Positions 1 through 9,187 of a stretch of DNA of 52,346 bases are shown here, in pieces (positions within the stretch are counted from its first letter, which is position 1; each line of letters begins with the position of its first letter). The notes under the pieces are model-generated. The model ran no database searches. It had not been told where the DNA came from and worked only from the letters and a program-made list of their open reading frames with translations. This stretch comes from an uncultured Victivallales bacterium (GTDB lineage Bacteria; Verrucomicrobiota; Kiritimatiellia; UBA8416; CAYRKB01): NCBI GenBank assembly GCA_964424705.1, contig CAYRKB010000006.1:4554-56899 (forward strand), written 5' to 3'. A program made the position numbers and the translations under genes.

Positions 1-91
1 ACAGACCACGGACTACGGACTACAGACCACGGACTACGGACTACAGACCACGGACTACGGACTACAGACCACGGACCACGGACTACAGACC
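1..91 (+). repeat. Heptamer tandem array (ACAGACC/ACGGACT) x13 with 21-bp super-period; runs off the window start
   Basis: Read directly: (ACAGACC ACGGACT ACGGACT)x3, then ACAGACC ACGGACC ACGGACT ACAGACC; encodes (QTTDYGL)n in the FkbH frame. Confidence 0.97.
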
Positions 92-1213
92 GAGAACGAG
101 GGGACACGGCCCCCGGCCCCCGGCCCCCGGACTCCGGCCCCCGGAGTCCGGACCCCGGACGCCGGACGGGGCGTGAAACTAGTGGTACTGGATCTGGACA
201 ATACGTTGTGGCACGGCATTCTTATTGAGGGGCCAGACCAGCAGTACGACTTGCGCCCCGGGTGCCGGGAGGCGCTGCAGCTTCTGGACGAGCGCGGCAT
301 TCTTCTCAGCATTGCCAGTAAGAACAATCGGGAGGACGCGCTCAGTGCCCTGGAACGGCTCGGTATCCGTCACCTCTTCCTGTATCCCGAGATCAATTGG
401 GAACCGAAGAGCGCCGGCATCCGGCGTATTGTGAAGAGTTTGAACATAGGAATGGACGCTGTGGCGTTTGTCGATGACTCAGAGTTCGAGCGGGCCGAGG
501 TCAAGGCCTCGCTGCCGGAGGTGCGGACGTGGGACGCACCCGACCTGGTGAGTCTGCCTTCGCTGGAGGCCTTTAATGTGCCGGTCACCGAGGAATCCCG
601 AGGACGCCGGCTTCTATACCAGCAGGAGCAGTCGCGCCAGGAAGAGTTTCAGGTGTCGTCGCTTGAATACGATTCCTTTCTCGCCAGATGTAGAACCATA
701 CTGAAGCTGGAGCCGCTTACTGAGTCGACCCTCGATCGCGTCAGCGAACTGGTCCAACGTACGAACCAGTTGAACTTCTCGGGCATCCGTTACGTCCGCG
801 AGGACCTGGCGCGACTTCTGCAAGCGACCGACACGGTGGCTGCAGTCCTGCGATGCGAGGACCGGTTCGGCAGCTATGGAATCGTGGGCTTTTCCATCCT
901 GAAGCGTGTCAACGACGCGCTGGAAATGACTGACCTCATGCTTTCCTGTCGCATTCAGGGGAAGAAAGTGGAACATGCGTACCTCAGCTACCTGGTTGCG
1001 AAGGCGGAGTCGGCTGGTCTGCAGGCGCTGGTCTGCCGATACAATCGCACGGCGCGCAACGCGCCGGCCGGGAGGGTGTTTGATGATCTGCAGTTCCAGC
1101 GGAGTGCCATGGACGGGAATCGCAACGTGTATCGATGGCAATGCGGCGGGCCGGCGGATCTGCATTTCCCGGTCACGATAGATGACCAGCTTGGGATTGG
1201 AAAGAGACTGTGA
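2..1213 (+). CDS. FkbH-like HAD-IIIC phosphatase/acyl-loading protein, probably 5'-truncated by the window (FkbH domain begins at 173)
   Basis: DLDNTLW HAD motif, SIASKNN, FVDDSEFERAEV, RTNQLN, MLSCR. The frame is open from base 2 to the GTG at 173. Confidence 0.88.
   Translation, partial: QTTDYGLQTTDYGLQTTDYGLQTTDHGLQTENEGTRPPAPGPRTPAPGVRTPDAGRGVKLVVLDLDNTLWHGILIEGPDQQYDLRPGCREALQLLDERGILLSIASKNNREDALSALERLGIRHLFLYPEINWEPKSAGIRRIVKSLNIGMDAVAFVDDSEFERAEVKASLPEVRTWDAPDLVSLPSLEAFNVPVTEESRGRRLLYQQEQSRQEEFQVSSLEYDSFLARCRTILKLEPLTESTLDRVSELVQRTNQLNFSGIRYVREDLARLLQATDTVAAVLRCEDRFGSYGIVGFSILKRVNDALEMTDLMLSCRIQGKKVEHAYLSYLVAKAESAGLQALVCRYNRTARNAPAGRVFDDLQFQRSAMDGNRNVYRWQCGGPADLHFPVTIDDQLGIGKRL
107..169 (+). 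repeat. Heptamer tandem array CGGCCCC/CGGACTC-type x9
   Basis: Nine consecutive 7-mers starting CGG, directly before the FkbH domain and in its open frame. Confidence 0.93.
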
Positions 1214-1926
1214 TGCAGTGGGCCGTTACTAACATGAAGACCGGAGGCTTTCTGTACGACTGGTTTCTCTATCCCCACCGCATTGCGGCCATTGCTCCGC
1301 ATCTGCGGGCTGTGGTGTCGCCGCTCGTGCTAGATATCGGCTGTGGAAATCACAGCCCGCGCATTACGAAGCATTACCTCGCGCGTTGCGAGTACCACGG
1401 AGTGGCAAACCGACGCTGGAATCTCGACGCGGAGGACGATCGATGCATGAACCGCTTCTTCCAGATTGATCTGAATGATCCTTCCGCGCTGGCGGCCGTG
1501 CCGGATCGCGGATATGACGCCGTGATCTGCAGCCATGTTCTGGAACATCTCAAGGATCCTTACTCAATCGTTCCTGCCATTGCCGCGAAGGTGAAGTCCG
1601 GCGGCGTGCTCTACATCGAAGCGCCATCAGCCCGCAGCGCGCGACTGCCGCGAGCAAGAGATGGATGGGGGCCGGTGCGTGGGTGTTTGAACTTTGCCGA
1701 TGACGAGTCGCACCGGAGCATGGTGGATCTTGCACGGGTTGCCGGCATTCTGGAGCAGTCCGGGCTCAGCGTGGAAGGCGCGCGTCCGCGGCGCATGTGG
1801 AGAAGGATCATCTTTCTCCCTCTCTACCTGCTGGGGGCGCTCACGACCAAGAGATTTGTTCCCGCCAGCTTGTTGTGGGATGTGATGGGCTTCGCCGAAA
1901 GTCTGCGGGCGGCGCGTAAGAAATGA
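1213..1926 (+). CDS. Class I SAM-dependent methyltransferase
   Basis: VLDIGCG motif I, YDAVICSHVLEHL, KSGGVLYIEAP; TGATG overlap with the upstream stop. Confidence 0.88.
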   Translation: MQWAVTNMKTGGFLYDWFLYPHRIAAIAPHLRAVVSPLVLDIGCGNHSPRITKHYLARCEYHGVANRRWNLDAEDDRCMNRFFQIDLNDPSALAAVPDRGYDAVICSHVLEHLKDPYSIVPAIAAKVKSGGVLYIEAPSARSARLPRARDGWGPVRGCLNFADDESHRSMVDLARVAGILEQSGLSVEGARPRRMWRRIIFLPLYLLGALTTKRFVPASLLWDVMGFAESLRAARKK

Positions 1927-1966
1927 GGTTCCCCCGCAGAGAGCCCGTCGGTGGAAAGGTGGAAGA

Positions 1967-2645
1967 TTCACCACGGAGGCACGGAAACACGGAGCGGAGA
2001 TGGCGTGATTTCAGATCCGCTTGCGAGCATGGTTCCGACAGCACGGTTGCATCGTTCGCAAGCGGATCTGAAGTCACGCCACAGCCATCAGGGAGCTCGG
2101 AGGAGATGGTATGATTGACGCGGCCTTGACGGAACAGGTCATCGGGTCAGCGATCGAGGTCCATAAACACTGGGGACCGGGATTGTACGAGGAGATATAC
2201 GAAAGAAGCCTGTGTCACGAACTCCGTCTGCGCAGCGTGCCGTTCGAAACCCAGGTGAAACTCCCCTTGCTGTACAAGGGAGAGCGTGTGGGAGACGACT
2301 TGCGCCTGGATCTTGTTGTAAGAGGCAAAGTGGTCGTTGAGTTGAAGGCCGTCAAAGAACTGGAAGCGGTTCACGAGGCGCAACTCCTAACCTATATGAA
2401 ACTGACCGGATGCCGGGTCGGATTGCTGATCAACTTCAACGTCGCCGTTCTCAAGCATGGAATCAGGCGTATGGTCTTATGAGAAGTCGCCTCCGCCCCT
2501 CTGTCACGCAAGCCGTCCGATCAAATCTGAGATGGGCGTCAAGCCAGCTAAGAGCAGTGGCCCTCGCCGGTACAGCTCGCCCATCGCAGATTGGATCGGA
2601 CCTCTCTGGGTCGGCTTCTCCGTGTTTCCGTGCCTCCGTGGTGAA
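1967..2645 (+). mobile_element. Putative IR-bounded GxxExxY cassette (679 bp) with perfect 28-bp terminal inverted repeats
   Basis: TTCACCACGGAGGCACGGAAACACGGAG at 1967-1994 and its exact reverse complement at 2618-2645 flank a single gene. Mobility is inferred. Confidence 0.6.
2111..2482 (+). CDS. GxxExxY protein (PD-(D/E)XK nuclease-like)
   Basis: GPGLYEEIYE signature, RLDLVV..KVVVELKAV, QLLTY, GLLINFN; SD AGGAG at 2101-2105. Confidence 0.95.
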   Translation: MIDAALTEQVIGSAIEVHKHWGPGLYEEIYERSLCHELRLRSVPFETQVKLPLLYKGERVGDDLRLDLVVRGKVVVELKAVKELEAVHEAQLLTYMKLTGCRVGLLINFNVAVLKHGIRRMVL

Positions 2646-2697
2646 CTTATCTCATCCTTCTTCTTGCTTTGCGCACGGACCTTGCTGACGAATTGAA

Positions 2698-3777
2698 ATG
2701 AAGTGCTTTGTGAAGAAGCTGGGATTGGCCATGCTGAGCATCCTGTTCACCTTACTGGTGCTCGAGATTGCCGCGCGGCGGATGCGTGACGTGCCTCTCA
2801 CCTACCTGCCAAACTTCGTGGAAACCAGGATCTCGCTCTTCCGAAGCGTGTTCCCCACGCAGTATGATTCGCACCTCGGCTGGATTCCCAAGCCGGGGGA
2901 CTATGGCACGGACAACTATTGGGGACGAAGCCTGACAATTCTGCCTGAGGGCATTCGCTCGAACGGGAATATGCCTGAGAAGCGAGGTGCTTTCACCATT
3001 CTGGCTGTGGGCGACTCATTTACGTATGGGAGTCAGGTGGGGGATGACGAGACGTGGCCCGCTGTGCTGGAGCGAATGAGCGGCGCGCGCGTAATCAATG
3101 CCGGCGTGTTCGCCTATGGTTTGGACCAGTCTGTTCTGCGGGCAGAGCGGCTGTTCGAGATCTTCCACCCGGACCTGATTATCGTCAGCTTCATTCCTGA
3201 CAATGTCAATCGAACGGAGCGGTCGGTCCGCACAGGCGCGGCCAAGCCGTTCTTTGACGTGGTGGACGGGCGTCTGGAGCTTCGAAATATGCCGGTGCCG
3301 ATGCGGCAATCGACAGCCATCCGCCTCGGGGTTCTGCGTCGGACACTTGGGTACAGCTACTTCTGCGATGCACTTATGCGGAAGCTGGGGAAGGACGGGT
3401 TCTGGTACATGGGCGACTGGGAGAGTGCCCGGGCCCATGGGAATGGGTGCGAAGTATCTGCGCTGCTCATGAAGCGACTGGCCGCATGGTCCGTCGAGAG
3501 GTCTGTCAAGATTCTGATCCTTGCCGAGCATACGGAGGAAGTAGCCTCCTACTACCCGCCGGAAACTAAGGTCGTGCTGAACAGCGCAATCGAAAGCGGC
3601 CTTCCGGTACTCGATCTGTCACCGGATCTCATCGATCTATCGGGGAAAGATCCAGCAGGCTTCGCCTCCCTGTTTCGCGGCCACATGACCGCGGCGGGTA
3701 ATACTTTTGTGGCAGAGCGGGTGTGGCGTGCTCTCGTCAGCAATCATTATCTCGAAGCCACCCCGGTGAATCAGTGA
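2698..3777 (+). CDS. Membrane-anchored SGNH/GDSL-family protein (possible polysaccharide O-acyltransferase/esterase)
   Basis: N-terminal TM segment, ILAVGDSFTYG, VINAGV..YGLDQ, C-terminal GHMT..GN. Confidence 0.82.
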   Translation: MKCFVKKLGLAMLSILFTLLVLEIAARRMRDVPLTYLPNFVETRISLFRSVFPTQYDSHLGWIPKPGDYGTDNYWGRSLTILPEGIRSNGNMPEKRGAFTILAVGDSFTYGSQVGDDETWPAVLERMSGARVINAGVFAYGLDQSVLRAERLFEIFHPDLIIVSFIPDNVNRTERSVRTGAAKPFFDVVDGRLELRNMPVPMRQSTAIRLGVLRRTLGYSYFCDALMRKLGKDGFWYMGDWESARAHGNGCEVSALLMKRLAAWSVERSVKILILAEHTEEVASYYPPETKVVLNSAIESGLPVLDLSPDLIDLSGKDPAGFASLFRGHMTAAGNTFVAERVWRALVSNHYLEATPVNQ

Positions 3778-5153
3778 ACCTCTATCAATCAGCCAGCTGT
3801 CTGTATGGGCAGATCCGCGGCTTTGACCGGTGGCGAATTCGTCGGGCAGTAGAACGCAATGCCTCGCGGCCGCATGCGGAACTCGCGGAGGAAGCAGCAT
3901 TCCTCTTTGATCGTCGCGTGCGCGAGTCCGTGCGGCGGTTCCCCTCGTATGCTGCCAAGGTTCGGTCGCACCGGGGAGAACTGCCGGGCGAAGGCTGTCG
4001 GATCCGTCCGGAGGATCTGCCGGTCTGGACTCGCGAGGATCAGCGCGCGCTGTTCGAGGCGCAGTCGGCGCCGCCGATGCCCGGGAGTTTCGTTCATTCC
4101 ACGGGCGGATCGACAGGGGTGCCGCTGCGGTTCCACGTTACGCGCGCGAGCTTCGAGTGGCGTACTGCCGTGTCGGACCGGGGTTACTCGTGGGCTGGAG
4201 CTGAAGAGGGCCGGCGCAGCTACTACGTCTGGGGCACGCCCATCCGCCCGCCTCGCAGGACAACACGGTGGAAGCAGCAGATCCACCATGCGCTGCAGCG
4301 TCGGACCTATTTTGACAGTTTCCGCTTCGGGGATGTCGAAAAAGAAGCCTGCTGCCGCGCAATCAGTTCGCTTCGACCCCGGGTCATAGTCGGCTATGCG
4401 GGCAACCTGATTGAGCTCGCGTGGTTTGTGAAGTCACATCCCGACCTGTGGACCTGGAGGCCGGAAGCGCTCGTCACGGCGGCAGAAGGGCTGGCGCCGG
4501 GCCGCCGTGAATTGCTCGAGGCATATCTGGGCGGCAAGGTGTTCATGTCGTACGGCAGCCGCGAGTTCATGCTCATCGGCATGGAATGCGCAGCGCACAG
4601 CGGGTACCACATCGCTTCGGACAATCTCTGTGTCGAGGTCGTGGATGCAGCCGGGCGCCCTGTGGCGCCGGGGGAAACCGGCCGGATCCTGGTGACCGAT
4701 CTGCACAACGACGCCAACCCTTTCGTTCGCTATGAAATGGGCGATCTCGGCACCGTTCGGGAGCCGGACTGCCGCTGCCCCTGCGGCCTGCCGTTTCCCC
4801 TGCTGGCCAAAGTGGAAGGCCGGTTGCAGGAAGTGATTGTCACTGCCAGCGGAGAGCGGCTGACGGCGCTCTTTATCCCGCACCTCATGAAAGAGTTCGC
4901 CTGGGTCCAGGGGTACCAACTTGTGCAGGAGCGCCCTGGCGAGGTGATGGTGAACCTTGTTAGTCGCGCCGAACTCTCGGAGGTACGCACCGCTCCCGTG
5001 GCGAAGGCGCTGCGCGCGAAGATGGGGGCCGGCGCCGTCGTCAGTTTCTCGCGGGTTGAGGCGTTGCGAAGAAACGCCTCGGGGAAGACGCCGATTGTTC
5101 TTGCGGGTTCCGCCGGGAAGGCATTCTTTTGGGACAGCTGTCCACAGCCATGA
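3774..5153 (+). CDS. Phenylacetate-CoA ligase family / CapK-like adenylate-forming enzyme
   Basis: STGGSTGVP, SYGSRE, GRILVTDLHN..PFVRYEMGD, VEGR; GTG at 3774 overlaps the upstream TGA. Confidence 0.88.
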   Translation: MNLYQSASCLYGQIRGFDRWRIRRAVERNASRPHAELAEEAAFLFDRRVRESVRRFPSYAAKVRSHRGELPGEGCRIRPEDLPVWTREDQRALFEAQSAPPMPGSFVHSTGGSTGVPLRFHVTRASFEWRTAVSDRGYSWAGAEEGRRSYYVWGTPIRPPRRTTRWKQQIHHALQRRTYFDSFRFGDVEKEACCRAISSLRPRVIVGYAGNLIELAWFVKSHPDLWTWRPEALVTAAEGLAPGRRELLEAYLGGKVFMSYGSREFMLIGMECAAHSGYHIASDNLCVEVVDAAGRPVAPGETGRILVTDLHNDANPFVRYEMGDLGTVREPDCRCPCGLPFPLLAKVEGRLQEVIVTASGERLTALFIPHLMKEFAWVQGYQLVQERPGEVMVNLVSRAELSEVRTAPVAKALRAKMGAGAVVSFSRVEALRRNASGKTPIVLAGSAGKAFFWDSCPQP

Positions 5154-6373
5154 AATCGAGAGTGGCTCACATCACTCCGTCCTTTCTGCCCTCGTTCGGC
5201 GGGCAGGAGAACTGCATTCTCAGCCTTGCCCTGCGTCACGCGGACGAGTGGGACGTGCACGTTGTTGCCAACCACAAGGCCCGCGCCATGCACGGGCATG
5301 CGTATCGCGTGCATAACCTGCTGCCGTTCACATGGCCACTGATCCTGGCGCGTCGCCGCGCGGCGCGGCCGTTCCTGTTCGCGCAGCTTGGCTGGCTGCA
5401 AAGGCGATACCGCTTCGATGTGTGGGATGCGCACTTCACCAATGTCTATGGCCAGGCGATTGCGGAGTACGCCTTGACCCATCGAATCCCCTGTGTGTGG
5501 TCAGTACATGAGTTCTCGGCAGTGAAATATGTGTCGGCATTCTATGCAAGACATCCGCACCTATGTGCTCACCCGTCCGACCGGCCGCTGGTCATCGTTG
5601 CCGGCGCCCGGCACTTGTGCAATCAGTTGAACGCGCTGGGGGGCTTTCCCGCCGTCTATGTCCCGCGAGGATTGGACCGGAAGCGGTTTGCAGCTATCGA
5701 GCCAGCGCTCCGTCGGGAGCGACGAGCCTTCGAACTTCTCACGATCGGCCGGAACGTGCCGGAGAAGCAACTGGGCCTGTCGATGGAAATGCTGCGCCGT
5801 TTGGTGGAGGCCGGGCACCGCGACATCGGGGTGACGATCATCACGCATGACGTGGGCGACCTGGCGGAGTTCGCCCGCCGCCACGGCCTGGAACCGTATG
5901 TCCGCCTGCTGCGCAGCCGTGACCTGCAGAGCGAAGAACGCTTCTGCATTCCGCCGAGCGGCGCGATTGCAGAACTCAAGGCGGCGGATTGCGTCATCAG
6001 CATGGGGCTCTACGAAGCGTCGCCAAACGTGGTTCTCGAGGGGTTCGGCGCCGGCGTGCCGGTCCTCGTCTCGAATACAGACGCACATCGCGAAGTGGTC
6101 GAGAATGGTGTCAACGGTCTGCTAGTATCTCCGAGCGACCCCGCAGCCTTGGCCGATGCCGTCCTCCGGTTGAGGAATGATCGGGAGCTATACCTCACGC
6201 TGAAGGCGAATGCGGCCGAGGCCGGCCGACGGCGCGACTGGGATCAGAGTGCGCGCGGCTATGCCGATGCCTATCGGCAGGCCATGGACATCAAGCGACG
6301 GTGCTGCGGTGCGAAACCGGCCTGCTGTGAGTCAACTGGTCATATACCAAGGACTGAGGAAGCCATACGGTGA
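5150..6373 (+). CDS. Glycosyltransferase family 4
   Basis: FLPSFGGQE N-terminus, IGRNVPEK, EASPNVVLEGFGAGVPV; ATGA overlap. Confidence 0.88.
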   Translation: MKSRVAHITPSFLPSFGGQENCILSLALRHADEWDVHVVANHKARAMHGHAYRVHNLLPFTWPLILARRRAARPFLFAQLGWLQRRYRFDVWDAHFTNVYGQAIAEYALTHRIPCVWSVHEFSAVKYVSAFYARHPHLCAHPSDRPLVIVAGARHLCNQLNALGGFPAVYVPRGLDRKRFAAIEPALRRERRAFELLTIGRNVPEKQLGLSMEMLRRLVEAGHRDIGVTIITHDVGDLAEFARRHGLEPYVRLLRSRDLQSEERFCIPPSGAIAELKAADCVISMGLYEASPNVVLEGFGAGVPVLVSNTDAHREVVENGVNGLLVSPSDPAALADAVLRLRNDRELYLTLKANAAEAGRRRDWDQSARGYADAYRQAMDIKRRCCGAKPACCESTGHIPRTEEAIR

Positions 6374-7482
6374 AAGTTCTGCATCTATTGCGCGCGCTAC
6401 GCGTTGGTGGGCTCGAGGAAGTTGTTGTCAACCTCGTCAACGGGCTCTCGGAGAGAGGTGTCGAATGCCATGTAGGCTGTCTGGTCGAGGAGGGTCCGTG
6501 GAGATCCAGGGTTCGTGATCAGGGGCTCTGGGTGGGGCGACTCGAGGAGCAGGGGCGTCTACGCTGCGTTTTCAGTCTTGCGAGTTATCTGCGGCGTAAC
6601 AGGATTGAGTTGCTTCACACGCACAATTCTCAGGCGCACCTTTTCGGTGTAGCCGCGCACTGCCTCACCGGCGTGCCGGTGGTGCATACGAAGCACGGTC
6701 AGAACTGGCCGGACGATCCGTGGTGGGTCTGGAAGAGCCGCCAGGCGTCACGGCTGACACGGAAGATCGTGGCGGTGTCGGCGGACATAGAGAGGATCGT
6801 GACGGGGGTGGAGAGCGTGCCGGCGGCCAAGGTGACAACAATCCGAAATGGGATCGACGTTCAGCGTTTTAGTCTGCCGAACGCCGAAAGAGTGGCAGCG
6901 CGGCAGCGCTCCCGTGCCGCAGCGGGCATCCCGGAGGACGCATTTGTCGTCGGAACCGTCGGTCGGCTTGCGTGGGAGAAGAATTACGAACTGCTGGTCA
7001 AAGCGTTCTCGACCTTTGCGCGAGGAGTCCCGGCTGCACATATGGTATTGGTGGGCGAAGGCCCGTACCGGGAGCGAATTCAATCCGCCGCCGTACAGGC
7101 GAACTTGGAGAGTTGCTGTCATCTGGTCGGACAGCAGGACCAGGTCGCGGACTGGCTGGCGGCGATGGATACCTTCGTTTTGTCCTCGCGTACGGAGGGG
7201 ACATCGATCACTCTTCTTGAGAGCTCCGCGTCGGGCGTGGCGTGTATCGTTACGGACGTCGGGGGGAACGCCGAGATCGTATCCGATGGCGTGACGGGTC
7301 TCGTTGTTCCCCCGGATAACGAACGGGCGCTGTCACGCGCCCTAGTTAGCCTTTACGGAGATGCCGCGCTGCGGGCGCGGCTTGGATGGGCCGCCCGCGA
7401 GAAGGTGGCGACGGACTATTCAGTGGAGAAGATGGTGTCGCAGTATATGCAGCTATATAGCGCCGTCGTTGAAAGAACATGA
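6370..7482 (+). CDS. Glycosyltransferase family 4
   Basis: GGLE, VVHTKHG, GTVGRLAWEKN, EGTSITLLE, TDVGGNAEIV. Confidence 0.92.
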   Translation: MKVLHLLRALRVGGLEEVVVNLVNGLSERGVECHVGCLVEEGPWRSRVRDQGLWVGRLEEQGRLRCVFSLASYLRRNRIELLHTHNSQAHLFGVAAHCLTGVPVVHTKHGQNWPDDPWWVWKSRQASRLTRKIVAVSADIERIVTGVESVPAAKVTTIRNGIDVQRFSLPNAERVAARQRSRAAAGIPEDAFVVGTVGRLAWEKNYELLVKAFSTFARGVPAAHMVLVGEGPYRERIQSAAVQANLESCCHLVGQQDQVADWLAAMDTFVLSSRTEGTSITLLESSASGVACIVTDVGGNAEIVSDGVTGLVVPPDNERALSRALVSLYGDAALRARLGWAAREKVATDYSVEKMVSQYMQLYSAVVERT

Positions 7483-8387
7483 AGATTCTGGTCGGCATAC
7501 TCCACTGTATCGAAAATGAATTCCCGGACTGTCTGGCGGCGCTGCGCCGTCAGACCCACCGGAATTACGATTACTTTGTTCTGGAGAATCTGCCCAACAA
7601 AGAGGCCCATGACACGCTCTATTGTCGGTTCATGGATTCCGCCTCCAGCTATGACGTGTTCGTGAAGCTTGATGCCGACATGGTGCTGTGCCGGGAGGAT
7701 CTTCTTGCCCGGGCGGCTGACCGTTTCAAGAACAGTCCACAGCTGGACGTCCTTTGCATTGGGGTTCACGATTTCTTCACCGACCAGATGATTGACTCGT
7801 TGAATGTGTTTCGCAATACGGTCAGCTGGCGTATCGACAGCGAGAAGATATTCCCCGACCGCGGCCAGCAGGCGGCCGGGGGCGTGATGTATGACCACGA
7901 TGACCTTGCGCCAGCGGCGGATCACTGCCCCGATCCCTCTCCTTTTCAGGCATTCCACTTTGGCGTTCACAAGGCCGTGAAAGTCATGCAGATCGGGGTG
8001 CACAACAAGCGACGCCAGGCAAGCCGGGAGCACTGGGGGAATCTGGAACGCCTGCGCGCGAACTATGCGGCGCGAAAGGACGTGCGGCTGGGGTTGGCTC
8101 TCGTGGGCGCAGAAATGGCTTTCCACGAGAAGTGGGGCGCGGGCGTTCTTGATTACGGCAGCCCGATTCTGAAGTCGTACTTCGACAAGGTCTCGGCGGC
8201 GACACCGGCGCAGGTCGACTGGGCGCTACGCGCTCGCGCCCTCCGATCCTTCTCGTTTCTCCCGCCTCCATCCCGGCACCAAGTGCTGGAGAGGATGGTG
8301 TCACCGCACCTGTGGCATCCTTCGAATTGCGGTGTCTGGAGGACCTTGGTGGGAAAAGTGCTGAGGCATCCTTGGCGAACGTCGTGA
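7479..8387 (+). CDS. Putative GT-A fold (GT2-like) glycosyltransferase
   Basis: CLAALRRQT N-terminus and FVKLDADM DxD motif; coupled overlap within the operon. Confidence 0.6.
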   Translation: MKILVGILHCIENEFPDCLAALRRQTHRNYDYFVLENLPNKEAHDTLYCRFMDSASSYDVFVKLDADMVLCREDLLARAADRFKNSPQLDVLCIGVHDFFTDQMIDSLNVFRNTVSWRIDSEKIFPDRGQQAAGGVMYDHDDLAPAADHCPDPSPFQAFHFGVHKAVKVMQIGVHNKRRQASREHWGNLERLRANYAARKDVRLGLALVGAEMAFHEKWGAGVLDYGSPILKSYFDKVSAATPAQVDWALRARALRSFSFLPPPSRHQVLERMVSPHLWHPSNCGVWRTLVGKVLRHPWRTS

Positions 8388-8412
8388 CTGCCACGAAGAG
8401 GGAGTATTGCCG

Positions 8413-9085
8413 TTGGAAAGAATAGCGGAATCCGCCATCTGGGGAGGGGGGGGGCAGGACTCGTTTCTTTGAGGAACGTGGCACTTCTTGGCGTGACAAG
8501 GATTACTGGTATCTCAACAGCATCTTCGATCTGTCGCAACTCTCCGGGTCCCTGCTTGACGCCGGGTGTGCCCTTGGGGACGGCTTGCAGGTGCTGCAGC
8601 GCCGCTGTCTCCGGGTGCAGTCATTGTCAGGGACGGACTTCTCGCCCTACGCTATCGACGCCAACGGGAGGAATCCGGTCCTGAAAGCCATCAACTTCTT
8701 TCAGCACGACCTGCACGAGCCCCTGCGCGAGCGATACAACGCTGTCTTCTGCCTCCAGACTCTCGAGCACCTTTCGAATCCCCTAAGGGCGTTCCAAAAC
8801 CTATACAACGCCGCTGACGAGCTTCTTATAGTCGCCTCACCCTACCGGAATCGCCGGCCGGACAGGGATCATCTGTGGTCCTTTGACGAAATTGATTTCT
8901 GCGAGTTCAGCCCTCGATGGATTCTTGCGCAGAGGGGATCCAATATCTACTGGTTGTGCGACAAGCAAAAGAAGGGCTTTCGTTTTCGAGGGAAGCACCA
9001 CAGGTTAGCAAGCGATCTGTTTGGCAGATGGCGCGACGCCAGACGGCCATGTACGTCTTGCAGGATACCGGGCATCGCAGCGTGA
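8413..9085 (+). pseudogene. SAM-dependent methyltransferase, frameshifted at a G9 tract (phase-variable or assembly error)
   Basis: Motif LLDAGCALG (about 8552-8578) lies upstream of the first in-frame start (8585). The TTG at 8413 with SD GGAG joins this frame only if G9 (8446-8454) were G8. Confidence 0.6.
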
Positions 9086-9187
9086 TGCCGTGGTTGTGTG
9101 CCGCTTGCGCACCGGAGCCCGATGCTGCATACCTGTGGGAAATGAGTAGGCGAGCGTCCGCGTGCCTGGGCACCGCACAACTGCGTC

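Noticed and set aside
1-169. Repeat arrays as a CRISPR array
   Set aside because: The units are contiguous 7-mers with no unique spacers, and there are no cas genes in the window.
1967-2645. Classical IS element
   Set aside because: There is no DDE, HUH or serine/tyrosine recombinase gene and no visible target-site duplication, so it is kept only as a putative cassette.
1923-2696. Short ORFs overlapping the GxxExxY inverted repeats (1923-2114, 2410-2688, 2457-2696)
   Set aside because: They have no motifs and appear to be incidental frames across the repeat arms.
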